64,000 nt of DNA from Ginglymostoma cirratum (lineage: Eukaryota). The notes beneath the pieces were generated by a model that saw only the letters and a program-made list of their open reading frames with translations, was not told the DNA's origin and searched no databases. The stretch spans positions 22,133,784 to 22,197,783 of the forward strand of contig JAHRHZ010000041.1 in NCBI GenBank assembly GCA_024137785.1, read 5' to 3'. This document shows positions 1 through 12,891 of the stretch, one piece after another. The translations under genes and the position numbers were made by a program. How positions within the stretch are numbered: the first letter of the stretch is position 1; every line of letters begins with the position of its first letter.

Positions 1-2450
1 TGGTGCTGATTCACCTTTAAACGTCTGGAAGGCTGGAGATGGGGCTGGAGCGGGCGCTTGAAGCTGGAAGCGCTCCTTGCTATTGCGCATGATACTGCGG
101 CGCTCCAGCCTCTCCAGCGCAACCCACCTTGAAGCAGGCACTGAGCCCCGCCCCATCCCCGCCGGCTGCGTGAGTGACAGAGCCTCCTCGCCAATCGCCA
201 GAGCAGGAGGAGGCACCGCAGCAAATCGCCGGGCGGCAGGGACGGAGGAGGGCGGGGCACAGGGCCAGGCCACCATCAGGTTCGGTTGGCAGCGCAGTGG
301 TGTCAATGTTGGAGGGGAGGGGTGGGGGAGGGGGAAGGGGGGGAATTCCAGTCTGAATCTGCGCTGGCACAGAGCTAGGAGGTGGGAGAAAACGAGTGCT
401 ACCCAGAGGGATGTAACCGAATGAGAGAGGCTCAGACAGGCAGAGAGAGGAGAGACAGAGAGAGCAAGAGGCAGGGGAAGAGGTGGAGGAAGAGAAAAAG
501 AAGCAGAATGAAGAAGACACCATCGAAAGGATTGCTTTTCCAGGGAACATCCAAAAGTGAAGAGCTCTAAGATATGATCCAGCCAGATCTCACAGTGGGT
601 TAAGAGTACTATGATTTGGTATGTGGCCACTTTGCTAGCGGGTGTAATCAGCACTAGAGGATCGGCAGCTCAAGGTGAGTTGAAGTTCAATATCATTATC
701 CCCAAGTTTATTCACTGATGCTGCTGAGAGAGGTGGCTGTCACTGTTCCGGGGACGGGGAATGCCAGTTTGTGGTAGACATTTGAAGGCCACGATTAATT
801 CCTTCTGCATTGAACTGGCGAATGATCCAAATGCAAAGGGCTCGGTGCAACGCTACCCCCGCCCACCTCTGTCTGTATAAAATGTGTTAACGGTTTATGG
901 ACGTGCGCACTGCAAAAGTTGTGGGCTGTGGAAAGATGGAAAGCAAACTTTGATTGGCGGTTCTGGTGAAGTTGCCCCCGGCTCGGCCGTCCTGTGTTGG
1001 TCTTGCCTACACCTGACCGGTTGTCTGGCTAAAACACAACCGCCCCATCTCCCTCAAGACTCTAGCCCATTGGTGGGGGTTGTGTGGTTGATGGAGAGGT
1101 GTGGGGAGTAGGTAGCTACCAAAATGTACCAGTTTTAGCAACTTTTGGCGAAACCAGTTGTTTGCGGAGTGGGATGAGGCTCTCGCTGCAGTGTCTCAGG
1201 GAAACTGACTCGAATTGTGAGCACTTGGTGCTGAAAGCGATTGGGGGCGGGGGGGGGGGGGTGTTGTGGTGATGTCGGGGGCGGAACGGCGCCGATAGAA
1301 GTGGAAGTTTCTCCGGGGTACAGTACAGTGAAACCTGCGACTTCTCTCTTACATCTCAAACACTCAGCTGAGCGAAGTTGCCTGATTTATTTCAGACGAG
1401 CGTTTACTGGACGCCCCCCCACCTTTTGTTTTGAGAATGAAAGGCCACTATTTCACCTGCAGGATCGGTGGACCTGCAAATCATTCTGTTTAAAATTATA
1501 ACGAAAATCGCTGAGGTTAACGGATTCTAGGCTGACCCCAGTGAAAGTGGTTCCTAACACACACCCCCACCCCTACTCCCCAATGAGGAAGGGACAGCGG
1601 ATTGGAATGTCACCTGTGCTCGTGTTTTTTTTCACTGACAAACGGCCGAGTGTGCTCCCTGGAGTGAGCTTGGCCAATCTCCCGACCTGAAGCAGGGGCT
1701 GTGTCCGCAGCAGAAAGCTGCCGCTCGTTTGCAGCGGGCCCTGAGGCTGCGTCTCCCCGAACGGAGACGGTTCGGCGCACTGCAGCCGCGCCACACGGTC
1801 TTCGGGTTGCAAGCTCCTGTTCTCCATCCACCATCCACATCCGCAACACCTTCTGAATTGTAACGGGGAGGGGATCGTTGCTAAACGGCATCATAAAAAT
1901 AAACACTTTATAACTCAGTCTCGCGGCAAATCCGCAAGACACCAATGCAATTTAAGTTAAAAAAAAACAAGTTTCGAAAGCCCACGGGAATTAACCTTAA
2001 AAGCGGTATCGAGTCTCCTTAAACACAGGTCAGGGATGCTGGAACGAAGGCGTCGCAATGGACCGCTAAGCAGTGTCCTGCTTTGCATTCATGATTTTAA
2101 TGCAATCATTAGCACACCGCATTTCGGAAAGCGGATGTTGCACATCCAGGGCAAAGGCAGCCAGCGAGTGGTTGTTCGGCAGCCCCTGATTGAGGAAATC
2201 CCCGGGGCCTTTGCCAAACCTTGGGCTGCTTACGGCCAACTCCCCTCGAATTTACTGCGAACTGTCAATCCTCACCCCCGCCCGCCACCTTGCAAAGCTG
2301 CATGCGGGACTGGGGTGAGTGATATCATCCTTGCTCACTCCAGTATGCCACAACATCGTCATGTACTTGCGAGAGGTGGTGGTGAGTAACTGGTGTGAAT
2401 ACCAAGTACAGAACGTCCCACTTAAATGATGATTAACTGCACGACAAATG
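1..2450. promoter_or_regulatory. CpG-rich promoter / first-exon island of IGSF9B
   Basis: High GC and many CpGs up to ~2.45 kb, versus CpG-depleted sequence afterwards. CCAAT at 191-195, GC boxes (ccccgccc ~146-153, gggcgggg ~250-257), G-rich tract 311-342, purine-rich leader before the ATG. Confidence 0.8.
611..674 (+). CDS. IGSF9B: IGSF9B (protein turtle homolog B) coding exon 1, signal peptide; phase-1 intron follows
   Basis: Translates to MIWYVATLLAGVISTRGSAAQ+G, closely matching the human IGSF9B N-terminus as I recall it (MIWYVATFIASVIGTRGLAAEG). Kozak -3 is A (actATG). Consensus donor AAG|GTGAGT at 674/675; 64 coding nt. Confidence 0.93.
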
Positions 2451-4131
2451 AGCACGCTTTTAAATGCCCTCAATGATGCCCCCCACTGTTCTTTGAATCA
2501 TTGTACTGTTTGGGCTGTGATTCCACAAAGATAGTAATAAGTATGAGAGGTAGTAAGGTGAAAAAGTTTGACTTAATTGTTTTCCAATGTCAGCAATCCC
2601 ACTTCATATCACGTTCCGTGGCTTCTCTGCACTAATTGGACCTTATATCTATAGATTTGTTTAGAATCAAGTAAACCACCCGAAATTAATAAGAAAAAGA
2701 CTGAATCTCATACTAATTGTTTATCTCAATTTTAGTCAGAGTTGGATTTATGTAGAATTTGTGCTGTCTGTGTAAGGACTGGGAAAGTCTAGTACACAGC
2801 AGATTGAAGAACAGTGGTGCCACAAAACAGATGGATTTGTCTTGTTTTCCAACTCAGATCACAAGATGCCACTGTTGTAAAGCTGGTTCTGTAAGGCCTA
2901 CTCCTCTCAGGTTGTTCAGTGCACTTGTTGCTAGCTAGTTCAGCATGCTATTGGTCAGGTTTGGATGTCTATTCTCTGGTTTAGTAGGTGGGTTAGATGC
3001 TGATTTTTTTTCCCTCTCATGAATCACCCCTCTGTAGCATGTCTGGTAACAACCAATTTTGAGTTTAATAACTTTGGAGGACAGATACAGAAATTTTTTC
3101 CAGTATTCCTAGCCACGTTCTCTCCAGTAAAGGTTCAGATGATCTCTTCGTGAGTTTTTGCATGGAAGCCCAAATGTGTGAGTTCCCCATTGCCTCAGTG
3201 GGTTAAAATCAGATAGTGGGGTACATATAGATGCAGAAGCTTACCCTTTTCACCTGGTCTGTTGTTGACTTAAAACTTTCATTGAGGATGGCATTAAGGT
3301 ATTATAATCAACATCCGTGACGTTGGACGGATGATCAAAAAATGATCAGGGGTTCTTGACTACTTGGCATCCGCAGTCAATGAAGATTATATCTGTCAAG
3401 TCAAACTGCCTTTGACATTCACTGCCCAATCTCACAGTTGGAATAATTAAGAATTGAAGGAGACTCTGCACATTACTGTTGACTGGAACTGCAGCCTAAC
3501 TCCATGGTTTTGTGATTCCAGTGAAGAAAAATTAGATGACAGAGAATTTGACAAGACTGCTTTTCCATTTTGTTTTAATCAGAGAGCTCTGCTCTTATCT
3601 GATTTAAGAAATTCTAACTGTAAAGACGCTGGAACAATGTTCTATCCAGTATAATTTTCTAGGTTAGCAGTTGTTGGTAGAACTTCTACTGATCTTTCTT
3701 TATTTGTTTAAAAAAAGACTGAAGTCGTTTCCCTGGTTAGTAATGCCTGAGTGTGGGAGAAATGTGCCGAAGTGACAAACAGGGTGGAAAGGACAGGATA
3801 GCTCAATCCAGGATATTATACTTCAACTGAGGGCCATTTTTTAAAAGCTGTTGCAGGCACATTTTTACATTGAATCACTTCTGTAGTCCTGGGTGGACAT
3901 ATTATCATCACTTAGCTACTGTTAACAGCTTGGAATGTTACTCATTTGAATGCCTAAGATACTAGTACATAAAAAGAAGGAACACTTTTGAATTTATGCA
4001 GTGTATTCCATGACCCAAGGACATTCATAAGCATTTCACAAGCAAAGAAATGCTATTTTAAATTATATACACTATTGTAATGTGGAGAAATGTAGAGATA
4101 ATAATAGCAGAGATAATTGGTAAAAATAATG

Positions 4132-5035
4132 TATAAACATGTGAATTAGGAGCAACAGTAGACCATTCAGTCCCTCAAGCCTGCTCCATGCTTCAATACT
4201 CCACCATTTAACCTCAAATTCGCATTCACCCTCTCACCTAACACAAATCTATCTATGTTTGTCTTTAAAATATTCAACAGTTCGGCTCAGCCACCTTTTC
4301 AAAAAGAGATTTCCATTGACTTACTTCTTTTTCTCAAGAGAAAATCCTCATCTCGGATTTAAATAGGGAACTACTATATTTTCTAATAATGGCTCTTGGT
4401 TCTAGATTGTCCTATAAGAGGAGACATCCTCTCCACATCCACCATGTAAAATCCCCTCCAAAATTTATATGTTTCAAACAAATCAGCTCTTACTCTTCTA
4501 AACTTGAATGGATGGTGGGACTACATTAGTTGAGATTATGTTCAGCATGGACTGGTTGGACCATAGAGTCTGTTTCTGTGCTGTATGACTCTATGACTGT
4601 ATGGACTAAAGCCTACCCTGTCAATTCATCTTCACATGTCAATGCCCCTATTCCAGGTATTGGCCCAATAAACCCTCGCTGAACTCCAGTACATTTATAT
4701 AATTATATAAATAAGATAACAGGTAATGTGCTCAGTACTTCAGGTGTGGTCTCATTGGTGCCCTATATAACTGAAGCCTTACCTCCCTACTTTTGTATTA
4801 AATTCCCCCCATGTGAAATGATAAGATTCTATTAGTTTTCCTAGTTACTTGCTGTACCTGCATACTAACTTTTTGTGATTCATGCGCAATGAAATCAGAT
4901 CCCGCTGCGTCTCAGAGCTTTGCGATCTCTCACCGTTTAGATAGCATACTTTCTTTTATTTTCTTTCTGTCAAAATGGACAATTTCACATTTTCTTACAT
5001 GGTACTCCATTGTCCATATCTTTGCCCATTCACCA
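4132..5035 (-). mobile_element. CR1 LINE 3' fragment (with a small plus-strand CR1 tail at ~4515-4598), interrupting a Deu-SINE remnant
   Basis: Reverse-complement CR1 3'UTR (gtagaccattcagtccctcaagcctgctcc) and decayed ORF2 C-terminus. SINE-like pieces on both sides (~3990-4090, ~5060-5125). Confidence 0.75.
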
Positions 5036-7109
5036 TGATATAGTTTTGGCAATTTTGACTTGGACATAAATGTTACCTAGGACACCTGAAAGACTTCCCT
5101 GCTGTCCTTTGAGTGATGCCGTGGTTTAACAACTTATCTGAGAGGCCTCACTGTCGCACTCAGCTTTCTACTGTGGAAGAAACTGCTTTTTTCAAAAAAT
5201 CTATAGCACTTTGTCACATTCTCACTGTGTTCCAAGGTGATTTAAATCCGTCCTTTACGTCCATCTGCAATGCATTTCTTCTTTCTGAAAACATATATAG
5301 TGACTAACTTTCATATAGTGGGATCCCACAAACAATGAAAGAACAAATAATCAGATATATGTTTTTACAAAACATATAAAAAATCTGGGTCGGGGTAGAG
5401 CAACTGGCCTATCTCACCTGTCCCATATATCTTATGCATCACTTCAAGAAACTCTTTACGCTGAAGTGTACATATCTTGATATTTATGGGCGCTGAGTGT
5501 CGGGATTGTGGTCCTGTCCAACTGTTTGTTTAATCTTATGATTGTGCGGGTGCCTGTTAACATTTACACATCAAGGTGTCATATAGTCTGAGGATGTCAA
5601 GAACATTTGATTGGTTCATGGTTAGTGCTTGCTATGTTAGTAACTGTTTCGAGGAGATATTGCTGAAAATTTTCAGTAGCAATTATAGAAAGCAAGAATG
5701 CCCAAAAAAAGCAAGCCCGTGAAGTGAGTTGTCACATTCAGCATTCATATGCATTCAATGTTCTGTTTGCCTAAAAAGTAGCCTTGAATGACTGACCATA
5801 ATCATTGACAGGGGACATACAGTATAGCATACCAAATGACATTTCCTTACTTCATAAAATAGTTTACAGTTAAAATTTTGAAAGGGTGTAAAATATATGA
5901 AATTTCAAAGATAGATCTACTTGTTAGGAAGGTATTGTGATGTTCTAATCAAAAACTACTGAAGATGGCAGTTTAGCCCTTCCAGAAAACTGAATGTAAA
6001 TATATTTTGTTTTATAATCAGTATTGTCTCAGTTATTAAAAACCAAAAGAACTGCGGATGCTGTAAATCAGGAACAGTTATTGTTTCAGTTATTCTTGTA
6101 CACAAAACAGTTAATGCCTAAGTCGTGGAAGTTTTTCCAGCTCAAACACCTGAATATAGTGATTCATTAAGATGAAAGTCGCAAAGCAAATCCCAGAGAT
6201 AGTGAATGGTTTGAATAAACTAGTGAAGTACTTCAGGTGGCAAAGCAATGATGCTGAGATGGCATTAGTTAACATGATCGTAATATGAATGTCATCGCTT
6301 GGGATAGGCTAGCTGGCATGAAAAATGGTGATGCACTTCAGATGTCTGTGCTTAATAATGTGTTGCACAATTATTCCTAAAATTATTGCCAAAACAATGC
6401 AGTCCTCAATGAGCCACTAGCAGATGCCACATGCAGACAAATCAATTAACCCTTTTAGGAATAATGCTTTGCAGCTGCCAAGAAATCTATGTGATTTCTG
6501 TCATATAATAACGATCAAAAACATTTATTCAGCTACTTACCCTAATTGACTCCATTGCTTTTTAAGGTACAAGCCAATGTGCTATTAATGTTACAGGATG
6601 ATTAAGGTACATTTTAAATTTAGAACCATTTTGGCTGCAGAGTAATTGGAAAATAAAAATTCAGGATTGTAAAGTCACAGTGCTCCGAACATATTACATA
6701 GTTTCCTGATGAGTGCAAATATAATATATATATCTCTATATTCTCTGGATTATTAGTTCAGTAACGGAAACAGTACACTACCATATTCTGCCTGTCACCC
6801 TGGATGTCGAATTTTGGTAGAGGAAAATAACTTCACATTTGAATTTTCTTTATTGCAAAGATGGAAATAAAGATGAAAATTCCTGATTTGTCCTTGGCCA
6901 AAAATTCTTTTGCCATGTGAGCAGCCAGCAACCCAGCAACCCAACAATTTGGCTTTGCAACTTGATTTGCATTATGAACACTTCAATAGCTTGACAATGA
7001 TTGGCAAGCATTCTTCTTGCCTGAATATCTAACATGTCCTGAAAAATAATTGCTACATGGTCGGTCAGTTATAAGATTTAGCTCCTGCTGCATGTAAATG
7101 TTACATTAA

Positions 7110-7566
7110 AAAAAATGGCTTGTATTCATATAGTGTTTTTCACAACCACCGGGCATCTCAAAAACACTTTACAGGCAGTTAAATACGTTTTGATGAGAAG
7201 TCACTGTTGAAATGAAGGAAACCTTGCAGTCAATTTGCATTCAACAAACCGCTACAAACTGCAATCTGACAATGGCCCAATAATCTGTTTCTTTATGGTT
7301 TACATTGAGGGATAGACTTTGGACAGGATACCTGGGATAACTCCCCTGCTGTTCTTCAGCCTAGTGCCATGGGATCTTTTAAATCAATTCAAGCAGGCAG
7401 ATGAGCTCTTGTTTGGGCATTTCATCAGAAAGACAGCACTTGTGACAGTGTAATGCTCCCTCAGTACTGCACTAGTGCGTCAGTCTTGATTTTTGTACTC
7501 AGGTTTTGCAGTTGGACCTATGTTCAGAACCTTGTGACTTAGAGGTGATTGCGCTACGAGCTGAGT
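7110..7566 (-). mobile_element. Deu-domain SINE (SacSINE1/AmnSINE1-like)
   Basis: Reverse strand reads GCAGTACTGAGGGAGC...GTCTTTCTGATGA...AAAAGATCCCATGGCACTAG...GAACAGCAGGGGAGTTATCCCAGGTATCCTG, characteristic of the Deu domain. Confidence 0.8.
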
Positions 7567-8724
7567 TCCAGTTGACACATAGTAGTAGTGCTACTGTCGT
7601 TTGGAGTGAATTTAAGGTGAAAATCATAGGTTTTATGTCAGGTAATAATTGTCATATGGAAATCTACAAAGAAAGAGTGGTTAATGTTTGTTTCATAAAA
7701 TGAATGAAACATGTCTATTTCTGAATTCTTCTTTGTCTGCTGTTATGAGCATAGCATAATACTAAACATCAGTATGTCCATACAAGTTTCAATTGTAAAT
7801 TCATTTGGGTTTGAATTTCCATTGTCAGTATTAGATCTGTGAAGTGGTCAGTTTGGCAGCTGTGTTTCTTTGAATGCTGTTGTCTTACCAGAAGAATTTA
7901 GGAAAACCTGCTTTTTTTTTGATGATGTGTGAAATGAGCATTCTAGAGAATAAATCAATCAAATCTACGTTGTGTGCATTGAATAGTCAGGGCTTAAAGA
8001 CTTTGAAACTTTTGAGTGGCTCTGCCAGGTTTTGGATGAGATGAAGTAACATTTCGTGGCACTGCTACAATTTATGGCATTCATGGTTTTGGGCACTGGT
8101 ATGGTGTGCAATGCATGGCTTACATTTCAAGACATTTGAGAATTTTCCTGAGCTGGTCTGTCAGATATTGTAAAACATGAGTCTGTTAGCTCTGACATGA
8201 ACAGAAATGCAATTGTTCCCAAGTAGTTTGAAGAACGTTCTTGAGAAATAGTGGGTATGTTCATTCAATTCTCGATTCATGGTATTTCCCTCTTAACGCT
8301 TGTGCTGTCCAATGTTGCTTAATAGTAAGTGGTCCTGCAATGGATGGGATGTTTCCCATTCTTTTGTTCTTGTTATGAGTATGTCCTTGAGCAACTAAAG
8401 CCTTTTCTTCATGGAACTCATGGAATCATAGTTGGAAGACTAAAGTCACATCTGAATTTGTGTGCCTTAACATTGCTTAGATATCTTTGGAGGAGGAAAA
8501 GCTCTTCTCACTGTCCAACTGAGAATTCAAGTTGATGACCCAAATTCAGTCCAAGATCTTGAGTGAGACTTGTGTACCTGTGAGACTTGTATATCTGCAT
8601 GTCTTCTCATTATATCTTGATGGCCTGGTTTAGATTGAGTAATTCCCATGTTTTAAATTCAAGAGTGCAATACATGACAAATCACTGATAGCACCAATTC
8701 TGCAGGTGGCATCCTTATTTTTGT

Positions 8725-9068
8725 TGCTTCTTCTTACTCCAGTGTTTGAGTTCACAGTTTGGCTGACATGTCACTGGAGCACTGAGGAGGTACTACATTC
8801 TTGAGGTTTCTTAGGATGAGTACTTAAATAGAGGCAGTGGGCAGATGAAAAAAAGTCCCATGACATCATTCAAAGAAGAAGCCTTCTGGTGACCTGGTCA
8901 ATCATAATGGAAGTTATTAGCCTGTCATTTAACTGATTTTGTTGTTTGCCAGCTATTGTGCCTCCAGCAAAACATCAGTGACTACACTTTAAAATTAATT
9001 GACTTTGAAATGCTTCAGGATTTCCGAAGATCCTGAGTGTTGTTATTAAATGGTAGTTGTGTTTCTTT
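8725..9068 (+). mobile_element. Degenerate Deu-domain SINE
   Basis: gagcactgaggagg...ggatgag...gtcccatgacatcattcaaagaaga...cagtgactacactttaaaa follows the same motif order as the 7110-7566 copy. Confidence 0.6.
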
Positions 9069-12000
9069 CCCAATTTGTTTCTCCTGTTGTTAAGATATCT
9101 CGTGATGTCAGAATTATTAGTGTTTGTTTTATTTAGTGGTGTGATATCAGTAATCTGGCAACTGAACTAAGATTTAAAAATAAGGTAAAATACCCAGTTT
9201 TGGATGCACAATTAGAAATTCTTCTAATTGGAGAACTGAGCATATGGCTTGATCTTGTATTACAACCTAGAAACTTCTGCTAGGAGTTTGTAGTGCCCAG
9301 TTTATGTACTTGTGAATAATGACTGCAATACTGTGAATCTACTTTGAATTAATTCCATTTGCAAAATCTCAATCTAACAGCCCTCCTAGTTAATTATTTT
9401 GCCTTAGAACATTTGCTTCCTAAAATAAGTTTGTTTTTAAAAACTCTAATAAAGCTGGAGGCAAACCATATGGAACATCACAGGTCACTGTGACTCAGCA
9501 AACTGATGATGAATAAATTAGCATGTTCAACTGACAACTCAAAGTTAGGCAAGTTGATGACTCAAATTTAGCCTACACAACAAACTAGTAGCAAATTGGT
9601 GGTCTACAATAAAGATAGTGGGATATAATGTACTCAGTGATGATCTATTTTGATTTATTAGTCCATAGAACTATAAAAGGACTGGATGAAGAAAGTTTTC
9701 CTGGTTCTTGATCATATATAGTTTCAGAATACCAATTCACTGTTTCCCAAGTTTACCAGCAGTCTTTTTTATAATAAGTCTCTGTTTTACCCTCAACCAA
9801 CCTTCTCTGAACCAATTCCAGTTCCAAACTGTGTAAAGGAATATTTCTTAATCCAAGCAGCAAAATGCTGGGCAACTCATAAAACCTCAATGTCATGTCA
9901 TTTTCATGTGAGCTTTGAATTGGAGCCAAATTAGATGTAATCAGAAAATCACTTATTTTGGTGAAGTGAATAATACCAAAATCTGCTGAGAGATCGTCTT
10001 TAAGGAGAAGAGAAACAGATTCCTCAAAATATTTCAAATTGTCTATATTTATGGGCTAATGATAATAGCAGTTCTCTAATTTTGTAAGAATATGCATGTG
10101 AATTTAATGCTAAGCTATCCAGTAGGGATCAGCCAGAATATGTAGATTAAATGTCAGTGATGGCCAAAACCATTTAAATATTGGAAGCATTGAGCTACTT
10201 GCCTGTTAGTTAAAGTTGTCTATATGTCCAGTTTGACACAATTACTTTGCTTGAGATATCAAAAATCCCCTTAGAAAAGTAAATGTGTTGCTGGAATTCC
10301 TTACTTCTTTGCTGCAGTTCAATGGTGAGTCAGAGGAGGGAGAAAAGAAGCATTTTCATGAAGTTCATCAAATATTAAAAGTTCCAAATTTATTTTTGGC
10401 CATTATTTTTGGAATAGTCTAAATCATTGTCAAATGTTATATAACCAAAGATTTGTGATGTTCACTTTCAGGTTTGTGCAAAAGTTTGGCTATTGATTTT
10501 GAAGTAAATATATTTTTGGCCTTTTGGCATATCCAGGAACACATGCTCTGTAGCTCGGCAATCACGAGTGTAGAAAAATAACAGGTGCGGTGTGATAGGA
10601 TAGTAACTGTTAATTCCACAGAATATTACTCTTATTTACCTCCATGCATAATATGATAAATGTCAAATCAAAAGAGATTTGGGTTTGCTTATGGAAACTC
10701 TAATCATAGATAGTGAAAATTGGCAAAGGTATTGAATTATAACACTGATGCCTGTCCCAAACTTACCGTCCATAACCGTGAATATTGAATCCCCCTGTGC
10801 TGCTGAACTGGGATCTGAAATGACTTGTTTTATTCTCTCTGTGCCAGGAATTACTTTTTAACAACTGTAAACAATCTCTCCAGGTTGCCCATTTAAATGC
10901 AGAGAAACTTATTCTGTTTATCCAAATGGACGAGTTGGGATGAGGGGTATGTTTGGACCTAACCTGCTGGGTGGGAAACAGAGGGGATTGTATAGAATGT
11001 TATTTTAAACTGAGCTTGAAATTGTGTATGGAAGTCAACAAAGAAGGTAAAACCAGTGGTATGGGCAATGTTATTAGTTTTCCAGTTGGGTTGTGGTTGG
11101 ATTAAAACCTGGAATTCAGTCTCCATGTTCTCCCTCCAAATTCATAAACCAGGAATCTGTTAGGCCAGTGGAGGTTTCACCAAGCAGTTGGAGATCAGTG
11201 GGGAATGCCCAACAGAGCTGTGGTGGAGAAGTCGGGAAGGTCTGGTGAAATTAATAGCACTTCAGACAATTAGGTGGCAGCCATTGGACCTTCCCTTTGA
11301 TTGAAGACCCCTGGTGACAGAAATACTGTCCATATAGAGCAGCTGATTCCTCAGGATCAGCAACTCCTCATTGCTGCCAATGCTATTGGTAATGGTGGCT
11401 GCGGTATTAATGCACCCAGTAGAGGCCCAGGATAATCCTGGGACCCCAGGCCAAAGGTGTGCACAGACGTGATGTGGATTGTTGGCTTAGGGTCATAGGA
11501 AAACAGGTGTAGGAAAGTCAGAGGCATGGAGATGGGGATGGATTTCTGCAGCCTGTATTCCTGATGGCCCTTGATCAGAGCGCCTGAAGACAAGGAACCC
11601 CCCACCCCCACCCCCAAACTACCCTGGAATGCCACTGGCAAACTCAGTAAGGTTTCCACAAATTCAATAATGTCTGCTGGGTTTCCACAGGAAGGCAAAA
11701 GCCCACACTTCACCCCTTTAAAGCCTGAATCGACAATGATTTGTCATTGGTTCAGGAATAAGGGGCATCAATTATTTCCTTAATGAACACAATTCATATA
11801 CCATTGCCTATGACTGGGAATCTTACTTCAGTCCCTCCCGCTCTCCTACTTAATCAGGGGAGCATTCACCGAAATCAGTTACAGAGGAGACTTAGCAAGT
11901 GCTGCTTCCACAAGTAAGTGGTCCCTAGCCAACCATTCCAAATGTCTACATTAAATCCAGTCCGTAGTTTCAATAGTTGTTCATAAAGTCCACATTTTCC

Positions 12001-12665
12001 TTTGTACTAAAGCAACTCTTGAGCAACTGACTCTTAACTTTCAGCACACTGCACAAGGCTCAAAACATAGCCTTGCTCAAAGCTTGCAAAGTATTAATGT
12101 ACTCCACTCCATCTCTCAATTTCACTGTTCAACTCTTGTAAAGTTTCTACTTCAAAGCAGGAGGGGGTGAGTGAATTGTAGCTTTTCTATTTTAGCCTGG
12201 TAGGGAATATGCAGTTTAATTAAAAGTAGCCCAGAGGTGTTAAGACAATCTGCATTCATCCACCCTACTTAGGGAAACAGTGCATATTTTGTGGTTCGCA
12301 AGTAACAAAGAACTGCATTGTCAGTAACTCCAGTCATGTAATTGGATTTTTGTAAAATACTTACAGATACAATTAGGTTCTAATACATGCATTATTATGC
12401 TTTTATGCTGAGGTAAGGATTTCTATAACGTTACAGATTAAAACAACAAACTTGCAAATCTTTCCTCTTCACTTAATTTAACCATTGCAATTTAATGCAA
12501 GCAAAAGAAGTAATAATAAATCAGTTGTTTTTGCACAGAAATGCTTGGAAATCGAAATGTATGGGGAAAGTCAGTAGGCTGTCTGCCAATTTAATGTAAT
12601 GAGCTATAAAAGCACACATTTGAAATTTGTTTGCTGGAATTCTGTGGTTAATATCTTGTAGTGAT

Positions 12666-12891
12666 TGTAACGAGATCAGCCAACTGGTCCTCCTAGCTTA
12701 TGAGTTCCCTGATTGGGTGTTATGATCTGGTCCAATCAGGGAGCCCTGACTGACAGATTAAAAAGAATAATTTTAGAGATACTTACACTCTGGCTGCTGA
12801 CTCTGACGAGGCTATGCTAAAATCAAGACGTCCCATCTGTACATAAAGGCTGAGTTGGTGATAGGATACTGGCCTCTGTGGAGTTATTTTA
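12666..12891 (+). mobile_element. Probable solo LTR (Gypsy-type)
   Basis: Starts TGTAAC, has an internal inverted repeat tccctgattgg/ccaatcaggga and a polyA-signal-like cataaa, and ends gagttatttta (expected ...CA decayed). No clear TSD. Confidence 0.5.

Noticed and set aside
77-550. 115-aa and 156-aa ORFs over the promoter
   Set aside because: Low-complexity translations of GC/GA-rich promoter and UTR DNA with no recognisable domain.
2310-2390. Two GTGAGT donor-like motifs suggesting an alternative first exon
   Set aside because: No signal-peptide ORF or other support; donor-like hexamers occur by chance.
6704-6772. CTGATGA...GAAAC possible hammerhead
   Set aside because: No stem II pairing and no UH cleavage context could be drawn.
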